From: a virus
Lineage: Duplodnaviria; Caudoviricetes
IMG/VR virus record: IMGVR_UViG_3300033067_000991
Location: 1,338-65,337 of that record
DNA: 64,000 nucleotides
Reading direction: 5' to 3' (one strand)
Position numbers and translations under genes: made by a program. Below the pieces are notes generated by a model. That model was not told where the DNA came from, made no database searches, and worked only from the letters and a program-made list of their open reading frames with translations. This document shows positions 35,347 to 44,199 of the stretch, in pieces. Every line of letters starts with the position of its first letter. Positions within the stretch are counted from its first letter, which is position 1.

Positions 35347-35673
35347 TCATTCCAACGGCAACGTGCAAGTCACGTCCAGCATCCAATTCGGTGGGTACAC
35401 AGGATTAAAACCAAGATCGAGCTTCATGTTCGGCACCCCGTCAATATCGAATATCCAAAAGTTGCCGCGCCGTACCCCGGAACCAATGACCGGCTGCACG
35501 GTATGCCCGTGCCGCGCAGAGAGCGCCCCGACCAGATAGACGGTCGCCAGCGGCTCAACCGTCGCCGTCTGCTTGTCCACGGTCAGGAAGAGGGTCTGAT
35601 TGCGGAAGCATAGTTGCTCCGCCTGAGTGGTCATGCTGAGCGTCACCAGCATCAATATCAGGATCGCTTTCAT
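35347..35673 (-). CDS. Secreted protein inserted in the lysis region
   Basis: Signal peptide MKAILILMLVTLSMTTQA; GAGG upstream; two Cys. Confidence 0.65.
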   Translation of the reverse strand: MKAILILMLVTLSMTTQAEQLCFRNQTLFLTVDKQTATVEPLATVYLVGALSARHGHTVQPVIGSGVRRGNFWIFDIDGVPNMKLDLGFNPVYPPNWMLDVTCTLPLE

Positions 35674-35751
35674 CGTTGTTCACCTCTTCAAGTTGACAAT
35701 GCCCGGTCACGCTCCAGCAGCATTCTTTACCGGGCGTGCTGTGGCAGTCAT

Positions 35752-36021
35752 TCACTGAGTCTTTGCAGGGGCTGGCGCCTTCTGCGCCTTCTCCTGCTCG
35801 ATAATCACCAGGGCCATCTCAACAGCCCGGTTGAACTGACGTTTTCCGAACTTCCAGCCAGCGCCAGCTAGCTCGTCAAAGATGCGCTCCTTCTTGCCGT
35901 CGCCATCGAGGTCAACTGTGCCGTCTAACACAGAGGCGGCCTCGTAGACAGCATTGAAGAACGGTACTCCGACCACCCAGGCCATAAGCCGCCGCACCAG
36001 GGCGATGATGATGAGTTTCAT
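35752..36021 (-). CDS. Holin-like protein
   Basis: Hydrophobic N-terminus, DGDGKKERIF, charged tail. Confidence 0.55.
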   Translation of the reverse strand: MKLIIIALVRRLMAWVVGVPFFNAVYEAASVLDGTVDLDGDGKKERIFDELAGAGWKFGKRQFNRAVEMALVIIEQEKAQKAPAPAKTQ

Positions 36022-36452
36022 AAGGCAGTCTCCGGCGGATAAGTGATCTGCACGCCAAGCCGCGCCATGGCGACGAAGGGGTCTTCCGTGGTGATGTCGG
36101 CGGCATCGAACAGCGCTTGAACCTGCGCCAGCGGGACCGACTGCCCGGCCTGTTCGGCAAGCTGGGCGACCAGTCCCGGCTGGCCGGGGCTCAGAGTGGA
36201 TCGGGTGTAGGTGCCAAGAGGCTCGCCATTGGCGTCGAGGTCAGGCAGCCACTCATAGAGTGGCATCAGAGCGGCATACTCAGGCGCGATATGCCCGCTG
36301 CTGATCCAGTGCGTAGGCGGCCACGCTCCACCTGGAGATAACCCCGTCTCGTACATCTGCGCCCCGCCGACCGGAGAGAGGCCAGCGGACAGCCCTCGAG
36401 CTAATGGGGCGTAGGCGTCGGGCACGATCATCGTGCGAAATACATCGCTCAT
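36018..36452 (-). CDS. Protein downstream of tail fibre (possible fibre chaperone)
   Basis: ATGA overlap; TH.ISSG.I motif. Confidence 0.65.
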   Translation of the reverse strand: MSDVFRTMIVPDAYAPLARGLSAGLSPVGGAQMYETGLSPGGAWPPTHWISSGHIAPEYAALMPLYEWLPDLDANGEPLGTYTRSTLSPGQPGLVAQLAEQAGQSVPLAQVQALFDAADITTEDPFVAMARLGVQITYPPETAL

Positions 36453-37589
36453 AGCGTGATCAATCCACGCTGCGCTAAATAGCGCTGTAAATGGGCGCGT
36501 GCACCGTCTGCATGGATCACATTCTTGATCTGCACAAGCCCAATGATGCCGCCCTTGAAGTAACTGCTGGATGCGCCGTTATCTTGCCCGATGGTAAAGC
36601 CATTCGTGCCAGCGCTGGCCGTGGCAAAGGCCGTTGATGTGATAGCGCCCTGATCGATTTGCGCGTAGATAACCGCGCCGTCATGCCAGCAGGTGATGAT
36701 GGCCCGCTGGCCAAGCGCCAGGGTGGCCGAAGTATTGACGGTGGTGTAGGCCGAGCCGTTGCCGACCGCCATCTCCAGTTGGTTGCTGGAGTTAATGCGT
36801 ACTCGATATCCGGTATTGGTGCCGGTATCGGACCAAATAGTTTGGGTGGCTCCAGTATTATCCAAGCGGATGGCCGCGCAGAAGAAAAATGCCGTGGTGC
36901 TACCGCCGCCAGTCATGGCGGTCAGCGAATCGTCTACGCCATCACAGTATAGATCGTAGCCGGTACTTAGCTTGTACGTCAGCCGCTTGGAAGCGGTGGC
37001 CTGGGTAGCGTGGTTGCCGGATATGGCCCGAACCACGACATTATCGATTGATCCAACGAAAGAGCCACTATTTGGCAAAAAGTATATTCTGCCGTTAGAA
37101 CCGGTTACGTGCATGTATACAGTTTTCGAGCCGCTAGTGGTCATAGCCCCATGTACCGCAAAACCTGCCGTCGAACCGCCAGCTCGGATATCAATAAGAC
37201 CACCAGAGGTCACGATTATATCGAAAGTCAATATATAGGTCGTGTTTATCTGTAAGCCCACATTTTGACTTAGAAAATTAAAGCCTGCGGTATTATTATA
37301 ATTTGCGGAGCCCCCACTGATTGTCCAGCCTGTGCCTTTTGTCCAATTAGCATCAGCGTTAAAACCCCCATTAGTAACCAAGTCTGGGCCTCGCCAGCCC
37401 TTTGCTCTTATCCAACACCAGCCCCACCGGCTGCTCGACGGCAGTAACCGGGGCGGTGCCGGCTCTGTCTTGGAATAGGGTGCTGATCTCGGACGGGTCG
37501 TACCACGCGCCTTGTGCGCCAGCCAGGAACAGGCGCAGCGGGTCGAATACAAACCCGCTAGACCGGCGACGCTGGAATGGCAGGCCCAT
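36449..37589 (-). pseudogene. Tail fibre/spike gene (carbohydrate-binding plus LamG-like) split by a frameshift near 37390
   Basis: N-terminal GAWYDPSEISTLFQDRAGTAPVTAVEQPVGLVLDKS (37589-37371) continues as GPDLVTNGGF only in another frame. Confidence 0.75.
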
Positions 37590-37592
37590 CGC

Positions 37593-38162
37593 TTACTCCA
37601 TCTCCAGCTCAATGAAATAGTTCTGCGCCGAGGCCGGAGTGAAAACGCTCAGCGTCTCCAGGATGCCGTGCAGAGACGTGCTGCCCGTCGCGCACTTGAA
37701 CGCCAGATTCGGCGGTAGGCTATTGCCATCCGACGACGGGCGCATAGCCGCCGCTGCGGTGCTGCCCGTCCCCTCCGTCGCGCAGGCGGGGAAATCGATC
37801 ATCCCCACCCGGTTGCCCGCGTTGCTGTAGAGCATGGTGTAGGGGGCGTTGTCGGCAATCGCCGTTGGCGCGGTGTGGAACAGGTGCAAGCGATACTGCG
37901 CCGTGTTGGTGCTCTGGTCCGTCATCAGCCGCGCCTTGACGATAGTGCCCGAGCCGCCGGCAGTCGCGACCACATTGGCAAAGGTCAGCAGCGCCCCCGC
38001 GCCGGTTGATACGACATCCTTGGCCGCGTAGGCGGTAGTGTCGGCGGGGCGGGTGATGGTGGCCGAGGCCAGACGACCGGTAACGGCGACCGGAATCGCG
38101 CTACCCGAATCGTTCGTGACCTTGGCCGCAATCGGCTTGTCGAAAATCATATCTAGGGCCAT
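37593..38162 (-). CDS. Virion structural protein
   Basis: TRPADTTAYAAKDVV..LFHTAPT motif; late operon. Confidence 0.75.
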   Translation of the reverse strand: MALDMIFDKPIAAKVTNDSGSAIPVAVTGRLASATITRPADTTAYAAKDVVSTGAGALLTFANVVATAGGSGTIVKARLMTDQSTNTAQYRLHLFHTAPTAIADNAPYTMLYSNAGNRVGMIDFPACATEGTGSTAAAAMRPSSDGNSLPPNLAFKCATGSTSLHGILETLSVFTPASAQNYFIELEME

Positions 38163-38860
38163 TACCAGTCCTCGCTATCGCGGGTAATTCGGGAGCGCCC
38201 ATAGGGACGGCCCGTGAGTGAAAGGGTTTTGGGGGACCGGCGCTGATGCAGTTGCACGCGCCAACTGACCACCGGACCAAAGACTTGCTCGAACTGCGCA
38301 AGATGCGGCATGGCCATGTCGGCGCGGGCGTTGTCGGCGTCGATGACTTGCAGCGCCTCGTAGCAGGCCCAGTGGATCAGGGCTCGATGCTGATAGGCAT
38401 CGATCTCGGGGCTGGTGAGCGTGGTGAAGGCTTGCGCCGGCTGGCGGTACACGCTCAGATAAATTTTGTCCCCGGCGACTGTGCTATCTGGAAGCGGGTA
38501 CAGGGTCAGCCGACTCCCATTGCTGAACCAATGGGTCGGCACGCCAGTATGGGTGGCCCATTCGGCGCCAACCAAGCGCGGCAGGTCGTCGGGGTCTACC
38601 TGCGTCAACAGCTTCCCATTCAGGTGAATGCCTTCTATCCGCAGCACCCGCGCGTCCTGTGCGTAGTCAGCCGTGCCATTGGCCAGGGTGATCTGGGTAA
38701 TGGCCGCCGTGCTATCGTCGAACAAGCAGAGTGTGCGGGTGGCTGCTTCCTGTTCGGCGCGGTTCAGCGCCCCGACTAGGAAATCGTCAGGCCAGAGATA
38801 GGGCGCGACCGCATCACCGAGATACTGCCGCGCCAGGGCCAGCAACTGCGCGCCAGTCAT
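38162..38860 (-). CDS. Head-tail adaptor-like protein
   Basis: LARQYLGD...YLWPDD.L...LNRAEQEAATRT; LTLYPLP; ALIHWA. Confidence 0.75.
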   Translation of the reverse strand: MTGAQLLALARQYLGDAVAPYLWPDDFLVGALNRAEQEAATRTLCLFDDSTAAITQITLANGTADYAQDARVLRIEGIHLNGKLLTQVDPDDLPRLVGAEWATHTGVPTHWFSNGSRLTLYPLPDSTVAGDKIYLSVYRQPAQAFTTLTSPEIDAYQHRALIHWACYEALQVIDADNARADMAMPHLAQFEQVFGPVVSWRVQLHQRRSPKTLSLTGRPYGRSRITRDSEDW

Positions 38861-39654
38861 CAGCCGGCGAACTGGTCAATGCCGTAGAGGCTTTCTTTGC
38901 TGGACGGGTCAGGCCGCAGGTAGACCACCACCGCGCTACCATCGGCGGCGCTGTTGGTGTCCACCGTGCCGCGCACATCGCCCGTGATGGCGCTGACCGT
39001 AGTGGTATCAGCCTTGACGACCGTCGCCGAAGTGTCCTGGGTATCGTTAAACCAAACCTGCAGCACGTCCGACTTGTTGGCGGCGGCCAACGGCAGGCCC
39101 AGCACATCGGCCCAGCCAACATCGAGCGTGTTGGTCGTGGCGTTCCCGGCTGAAGTGATGGCAATCGACAGGATCGAGGCGAACGCCTTCTTACCCGCAG
39201 CGGTCTTGCTGGTGCCGGTAGCGGTAACGCTCAGGGTTTCCACCAAGCGCTGGCCGTAGACATCGAAGCCAGTAAACGTGACCGACATGGCGACAATGCT
39301 GCTGCCGTGGGTCACGGCAATCGTCACGTTGCGCGGCACATCCAGCGCCCACACCGAGCGCGAGGCGCCGGTGGAGTCGATGATGGTGGAAGGGGCCGGC
39401 GTGGCCACGTTGTCGAACGGCGACGTGCCGTCGTTGGCGGTGGTGTAAGTGGTCGTGGCGGCATTCGGCAACTCGGTAGACGTGGCTGCAGCCACCAGTC
39501 CGTCCGCGTCCGTGGCGATGGGCGAACCCAGAGACAATCGGACAATCGGGGTGATCAGCGTGCCGCGGCGCTTCTCGGCGGTCTGCGCCGGCGGAAAATA
39601 GGCATCGCCCCAGTACAGTTCCTGGGCGTGCGAGATATGGTGACGAGTAGGCAT
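38860..39654 (-). CDS. Head-associated/decoration-like protein
   Basis: LDVPRNVT..TGFDVYGQ..GKKAF; follows the capsid gene. Confidence 0.7.
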   Translation of the reverse strand: MPTRHHISHAQELYWGDAYFPPAQTAEKRRGTLITPIVRLSLGSPIATDADGLVAAATSTELPNAATTTYTTANDGTSPFDNVATPAPSTIIDSTGASRSVWALDVPRNVTIAVTHGSSIVAMSVTFTGFDVYGQRLVETLSVTATGTSKTAAGKKAFASILSIAITSAGNATTNTLDVGWADVLGLPLAAANKSDVLQVWFNDTQDTSATVVKADTTTVSAITGDVRGTVDTNSAADGSAVVVYLRPDPSSKESLYGIDQFAG

Positions 39655-39710
39655 GTCAGCGCTCCTATGCAGTCATTCAATAAGGAAAACGGCGTCCTTG
39701 CCGCGACTTG

Positions 39711-39736
39711 AAAAGGCGGGGCGACTTACGCCCCGC
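39711..39736 (-). terminator. Intrinsic terminator after the major capsid gene
   Basis: Minus strand GCGGGGCG-taagt-CGCCCCGC then CTTTT. Confidence 0.75.
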
Positions 39737-39747
39737 ATGGATCAGGC

Positions 39748-40659
39748 TCAGGCGCCAGCGGAACCGTAGACTGCGCGCCAGTCGGTGAAGCCAATGGAAT
39801 AGCGCTCCCGCACCTTGTAGCGGGCATTGCCGCTGTTGAAGTCGGTTTCCATGCCGCGCTGCACGCTGGTGCGCTGCATCACCTTCAGCCCGTCCGGGCA
39901 GTCGGTGGTGACGAACCAGGCGTCCGCATCGGTCAGGCGCGTCAACACGACCGGATCACTGGCGAAGATGCCCAGCGACTTAACCGCGTTGATGTCGTTG
40001 TCCGCCGTCCCGGTACGGCTCGGGGTCCGCAGCAGCCGCACGGCGGTGTATTGCAACTCCGGCGGCACGACCAAGTTCTTGACGTTGAGGGCAATCGGAA
40101 TGCCCCGGTCGTCCTTGGCCTTGCGAATCTGAATCAGCAGGTCTTCCAGGGCCGATTCCGACAGGTCGGCCGGAGTGCCCAGGAGGTTGCTCGCCGTGCC
40201 ACCACCCCAGAGCGGGTGACTGGCTGACAGCATGGCCACGCCATCGCCCCCGACAAAGTTGGAGTCGAAGCCGTTGTTGAAGACTGCAGCCGCCTTGATT
40301 TCCTTGGTCTGCTTCAAGGCCCGCGCGAGCGACCGGGCATACTTCGGCCCCAGGCTCTCGTACAGGTTGTCCTCGATGGCTTCCTCGGTGATGGCAAAGG
40401 CCAGGGCGATGGTTTCGTGGGTATACCGTGCGGTCCACCCTTGGCCACCGGCGTCATAGCTGACGCTCTCGCCCTCACCCTTGACCGGAGCGATGCCCAG
40501 GCCAACGGTCAGCACGTCCTCCTCAAAAGCCTTCTTGGAAGTCGTTACCTCGAACACACTGCGCCATTCCTCGGGCAGTTCCTTGTAGGCCATGCCGAAA
40601 TGGGCATTCAAGCCTTCCTGTAGATCAGCAGGAAATGTCGATCTATTCATAACGGCCAT
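39748..40659 (-). CDS. Major capsid protein (Mu gpT-like family)
   Basis: Start re-called to ATG 40659; L.EGLNA.FG..Y, YTHETIALAFAITEEAIEDNLY, RERYS.GFTDWR. Confidence 0.9.
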   Translation of the reverse strand: MAVMNRSTFPADLQEGLNAHFGMAYKELPEEWRSVFEVTTSKKAFEEDVLTVGLGIAPVKGEGESVSYDAGGQGWTARYTHETIALAFAITEEAIEDNLYESLGPKYARSLARALKQTKEIKAAAVFNNGFDSNFVGGDGVAMLSASHPLWGGGTASNLLGTPADLSESALEDLLIQIRKAKDDRGIPIALNVKNLVVPPELQYTAVRLLRTPSRTGTADNDINAVKSLGIFASDPVVLTRLTDADAWFVTTDCPDGLKVMQRTSVQRGMETDFNSGNARYKVRERYSIGFTDWRAVYGSAGA

Positions 40660-41228
40660 CAGATACCCCCTACGCCGGCAACGACGCCTTTCAGTACGTG
40701 CTCGATGAACATGCACTCAACGCGCGCATACGCACCATATTCATTGTCGGCACGATTGACCAAACGCAGGATGCGCATGGATTTATCCGTCGTGCCCCCC
40801 GTGGAGGCAGCCAGGTAGGCGCCGGACATGCCGGTAGCCGTGCTGCCAGTGCCAGCCGCCCAATCGGCCAACGTGCCGATATCGGCCGCCGCGACCGTAT
40901 CGGTCTGCGCCTCAAACACGATGTCGGGGTTGTCCCAGACCAGCGCGACGATGTTGGTCGCCGTAGTGCTGGCCGGCCAATGCTTGCTGAAAATCTGCTT
41001 GCCTTGGCTGTTGACGTAGCGACAACCGGCGAACACGCCGATGTTGTCCACGTTGCCAGCCTCAGCAAGCGCGATGTTTTTTCCGGTCCCGGTCATCTGG
41101 ACCGGATCGCCGAAGAAGATATTGGTGCCGTAGGCCGACGCAATGCTGTACTCGGTCGTCCGAATATCAGCGCCACCGCCCAGCAATCGCACCGGCTTGA
41201 ACCCGTTAGGGCCGTTGACGTTAGCCAT
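40659..41228 (-). CDS. Capsid-associated (cement/decoration) protein
   Basis: MANVNGPNGFKPV..NIFFGDPV..DNPDIVFEAQ, typical of the gene before this capsid type. Confidence 0.75.
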   Translation of the reverse strand: MANVNGPNGFKPVRLLGGGADIRTTEYSIASAYGTNIFFGDPVQMTGTGKNIALAEAGNVDNIGVFAGCRYVNSQGKQIFSKHWPASTTATNIVALVWDNPDIVFEAQTDTVAAADIGTLADWAAGTGSTATGMSGAYLAASTGGTTDKSMRILRLVNRADNEYGAYARVECMFIEHVLKGVVAGVGGI

Positions 41229-41256
41229 GGTGTATTACCTCAAGAATGAATCGAAA

Positions 41257-41838
41257 TCAGTCGTCAGCGACCGGGGCCGCACGGCCTCGGCTGACACGCG
41301 AGCGGGCACTGACCGTAGGCCGGCCGAAGCCGTCGCCGGGCTCATGCACGCGGAACAAGGATTCAGAGATAGCGGTACTCTGTGCGTCGGTCATCGCGCG
41401 GATATGCGCGCGATGTTTGGCATTGATCGATTCGGGGCGCTCCATCAGCACCATGCCGTAGATGCCCACGACAGAACTGCCCTGGTGCATCACGGTCGGC
41501 ACATACGCGCCCTCCGGCACGGTATCGGCCGGTCGTGGTCGCCAGCCTTGGTTATAGCGGCGGCCCACGTTGTTGGGGTCTTCCACACCGTTCAGGTGGG
41601 TGCGGACCCAGCGTTGTACATAGCCAGGACGGGCGGGAATATGCCGGTCATCCAGCAATCCCCGCGGCTCCCAGTCCACATCATCAGTCACTTCATGCAG
41701 GGCTTCGGCGGCCCGTGATTCCTGCGTCCGCGATGGCCGGCGAATCGGCTCGCGGCGATTACGGGTCCGGGGCACGTCCAGGGCCACAGGTTCAGCCCCA
41801 TCCAAGTCGGTCAGGTCAGCGGTCATCAACTCGTTCAT
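41257..41838 (-). CDS. Conserved head-morphogenesis protein
   Basis: PARPGYVQRWVR..GWRPR..GMVLME motif. Confidence 0.75.
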   Translation of the reverse strand: MNELMTADLTDLDGAEPVALDVPRTRNRREPIRRPSRTQESRAAEALHEVTDDVDWEPRGLLDDRHIPARPGYVQRWVRTHLNGVEDPNNVGRRYNQGWRPRPADTVPEGAYVPTVMHQGSSVVGIYGMVLMERPESINAKHRAHIRAMTDAQSTAISESLFRVHEPGDGFGRPTVSARSRVSRGRAAPVADD

Positions 41839-42755
41839 AGCGGGGCATTCCGGTTCAGGTACGCAGCACGGTGCGCGGGGTTGTTCGGGTCCATGCCGTA
41901 CTTGCGCATCGTCGCCATGTCGGCCTGGGTGAAGCCCTTGCGCGGGCTGGTTTCGCTGGCCCCGGCGTAGCGCGTCGGGGCTACCGTCGTGGGTTGCGCC
42001 TTACGGGGTGCGGGCTTGATGCCAGCCGCCACCAGGCGCTTATCCAGTTCGGCGTACAGGTCCGGGTCGGTTTCCTCGAAGCCTTCCGCCTTCATAGCGT
42101 TGAACAAGCCATTCGCCACGCTGACCTTGGCGGAGTTCGCGGGATCGCCGTTGAACCACTTCTTGTTGGTCACCATCCAGGTCTGCATCGGCTCCGGCAG
42201 CGCGGCAGGCTGTTGGGGTTGGGCAACTGGCTGGGCGACTGGCGGCGCTTGGCGAGTCCCGGGAGCGCCCTGAGTCTGGCGTTGCACCGCCATGCGGGCA
42301 TCCAGATACTCATCCTCCAGGGCGTGGTAAGCATCGATATCGCCGTCATCCCAAGCGGTCTTGCGGCGAGCCTTGATGTCCGCCAGCTGGGCTTCCAGTT
42401 CGGTTGCGCTCTGCTTGGCATCCTCGGCGCTGAAGCGCTGCTCGACCGACTCTAGCCGCTGGTGCAGATTGGCAATGTACTGCTCGTATTGCGCCTGCCG
42501 GGTAGCAAACTCGGTCTCGATGCGCTTGCGCTTGCTGACCTCCTTGGCAATGCGCTTTTGCACCTTGCGGCCATACTCGGCGTCCTCATCCGCGTCGTCA
42601 GCGTCGGTCGCCGGGTGGTCGTCGTGGTCCGCCTCGTCGTCGTCCTGGTCGGCGGCGGGTAACTCGGGCTCCTCTAGGGGCGCCGGGTCGGAGTCGTCCG
42701 GCGGCGCGCCGGGCAAATCCTCGAATTCGGTGTCATCGTCATGGGGTGTGGCCAT
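41835..42755 (-). CDS. Scaffolding protein
   Basis: Acidic N-terminus, coiled coil, W...NKKWF, C-terminal LT..D.ATMRKYGM; between portal and capsid. Confidence 0.8.
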   Translation of the reverse strand: MATPHDDDTEFEDLPGAPPDDSDPAPLEEPELPAADQDDDEADHDDHPATDADDADEDAEYGRKVQKRIAKEVSKRKRIETEFATRQAQYEQYIANLHQRLESVEQRFSAEDAKQSATELEAQLADIKARRKTAWDDGDIDAYHALEDEYLDARMAVQRQTQGAPGTRQAPPVAQPVAQPQQPAALPEPMQTWMVTNKKWFNGDPANSAKVSVANGLFNAMKAEGFEETDPDLYAELDKRLVAAGIKPAPRKAQPTTVAPTRYAGASETSPRKGFTQADMATMRKYGMDPNNPAHRAAYLNRNAPL

Positions 42756-42800
42756 GTAAAAATCCTGCTGCGGGAACGTGGCGCCTCACGGCGCGGGCAC

Positions 42801-42822
42801 AAAAAAACCGCCTTACGGCGGC
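42801..42822 (-). terminator. Intrinsic terminator downstream of groES
   Basis: Minus strand CCGCC-gtaa-GGCGG then T7. Confidence 0.65.
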
Positions 42823-42847
42823 TGCTTGTGTGGTGGGTGGCTACTGG

Positions 42848-43186
42848 CTACAGGTCATAGACCATCATCGCGTTTGGGTCTACCACCGCCAGTACCTCAT
42901 CATCGTTGATGAGACGGTATTGCACCGGGCCATCCGGCCCGCGCACGGTCAGGGTCTGCCCGGCGTACTGGCCGTAGGCGATCCAATCGCCAGGCCGGCA
43001 CCATGGGCCAGTAAATTTCTCATGGGCGTAGGCTTCCGGCCCCATCGCGGCCACTTGGCCGATGTGCCGCAAGTGCTCTTGCGCCTTCTGCGCCATTTCC
43101 GGGAGGGCGATACCGCCCGCGGAATGCTGCTTGATTTCCACCGGCTTGATCAGGAGCCGGTAGCCTGTGGGCTGGGGTAGGGTCAT
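42848..43186 (-). CDS. groES: Phage co-chaperonin GroES (Cpn10)
   Basis: PTGYRLLIKP..SAGGIALP..GQVAAMGP..GD.I.YGQYAG..LINDDEVLAVV. Confidence 0.93.
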   Translation of the reverse strand: MTLPQPTGYRLLIKPVEIKQHSAGGIALPEMAQKAQEHLRHIGQVAAMGPEAYAHEKFTGPWCRPGDWIAYGQYAGQTLTVRGPDGPVQYRLINDDEVLAVVDPNAMMVYDL

Positions 43187-43201
43187 GGTGTGTCCATGTG
43201 G

Positions 43202-43405
43202 TTAAGAATCATCATCATCCTGGCGATACGCTTGCCAGGCATCGTCGAAAATCAATCGCGCCCGCTTCAGCCCGGCAATCCGGCCCACCGCGCGAGCGTA
43301 GGCGGCGAAATCGGGGGCGCCGCCTCCCCCTAACTGCTCTTCCTCTTTGCGGATTTCTTGCGTCAGGGCATGGCGGAAATCGGCAATCAGTCCGCCGTCG
43401 CTCAT
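43202..43405 (-). CDS. Small helical protein
   Basis: Start re-called to ATG 43405; APDFAAY...VG.I.GL motif often found between portal and GroES. Confidence 0.7.
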   Translation of the reverse strand: MSDGGLIADFRHALTQEIRKEEEQLGGGGAPDFAAYARAVGRIAGLKRARLIFDDAWQAYRQDDDDS

Positions 43406-44199
43406 GCCGCTTGCATGTCTTCTATGGTGGTCTGTTGCGGAGTCGGCGCCTGGACCGGCGCTACGCACATATCCGCCTGTTGCTGCGCTTCCTCGATGCG
43501 CCGGCAGGCGATATCGAAATACTTCGGCTCCTTCTCGACGCCGATGAACTGCCGGCCTAGCTGCATGGCGGCCACGCCGGTCGTGCCAGAACCCATGAAG
43601 GGGTCGAGCGCGGTTGCGTCCGAACGCACTACTGCGGATAGAAGCCTGCCGACTAAGCTGAGTGGCTTCTGTGTTGGATGGTCAACCTTCCCAGGTTGGC
43701 CATTACGATAACTATCGGATATCCAGACGTTTGAGCGCTTTGTGTCAGTATCGCCAAACCATGCACCTTGGCGATACGCATACACTATATGCTCAAACCC
43801 ACTTGGCCACCAATTCCCAAATCCCGCCGGTGGAGGGCATTTTTTTACCCAGGCGCCGGGTTTTGGCTTCATCCCGTGATCCAGCAGAATGTCGGCAATA
43901 TAGGAAACTTGATGTAAGCCGCAAAACCATATATGTGCGTCCGCCAGTGGCGCAGACAGGGCGCATGCACTTAATACCGCGCTGGTTATATCTGAACCGT
44001 CCCACGAGAATTGCAGGGTTCTAAAACCACTCTTACATCCGCTGCCTGACCAGGTCTTTTGTTTGCCGAATTTGTGAGGTATCCCATACGGCGGATCAGT
44101 AATCACCGCATCCACCTTGGGCAAGGTCGGCAATATCTCCAGGCAGTCGCCTAGGTAGAGCGTCGCGTTGCCGATGATGACGGGTTCCGGCCTGCTCAC
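43402..44199 (-). CDS. DNA N6A/N4C methyltransferase (beta class) no. 2
   Basis: DPPYG, HPTQKP, LDPFMGSGTTG; termini near-identical to MTase 1. Confidence 0.95.
   Translation of the reverse strand: MSRPEPVIIGNATLYLGDCLEILPTLPKVDAVITDPPYGIPHKFGKQKTWSGSGCKSGFRTLQFSWDGSDITSAVLSACALSAPLADAHIWFCGLHQVSYIADILLDHGMKPKPGAWVKKCPPPAGFGNWWPSGFEHIVYAYRQGAWFGDTDTKRSNVWISDSYRNGQPGKVDHPTQKPLSLVGRLLSAVVRSDATALDPFMGSGTTGVAAMQLGRQFIGVEKEPKYFDIACRRIEEAQQQADMCVAPVQAPTPQQTTIEDMQAA

Noticed and set aside
42775-42800. GTGGCGCCTCACGGCGCGGGCAC as a solitary type I-C repeat (RNA anti-CRISPR)
   Set aside because: Only loosely similar, lacks the ATTGAAAC end, and abuts a terminator
33745-44199. Methyltransferase repeats as an invertible shufflon
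   Set aside because: Repeats are direct, not inverted, and no site-specific recombinase is present
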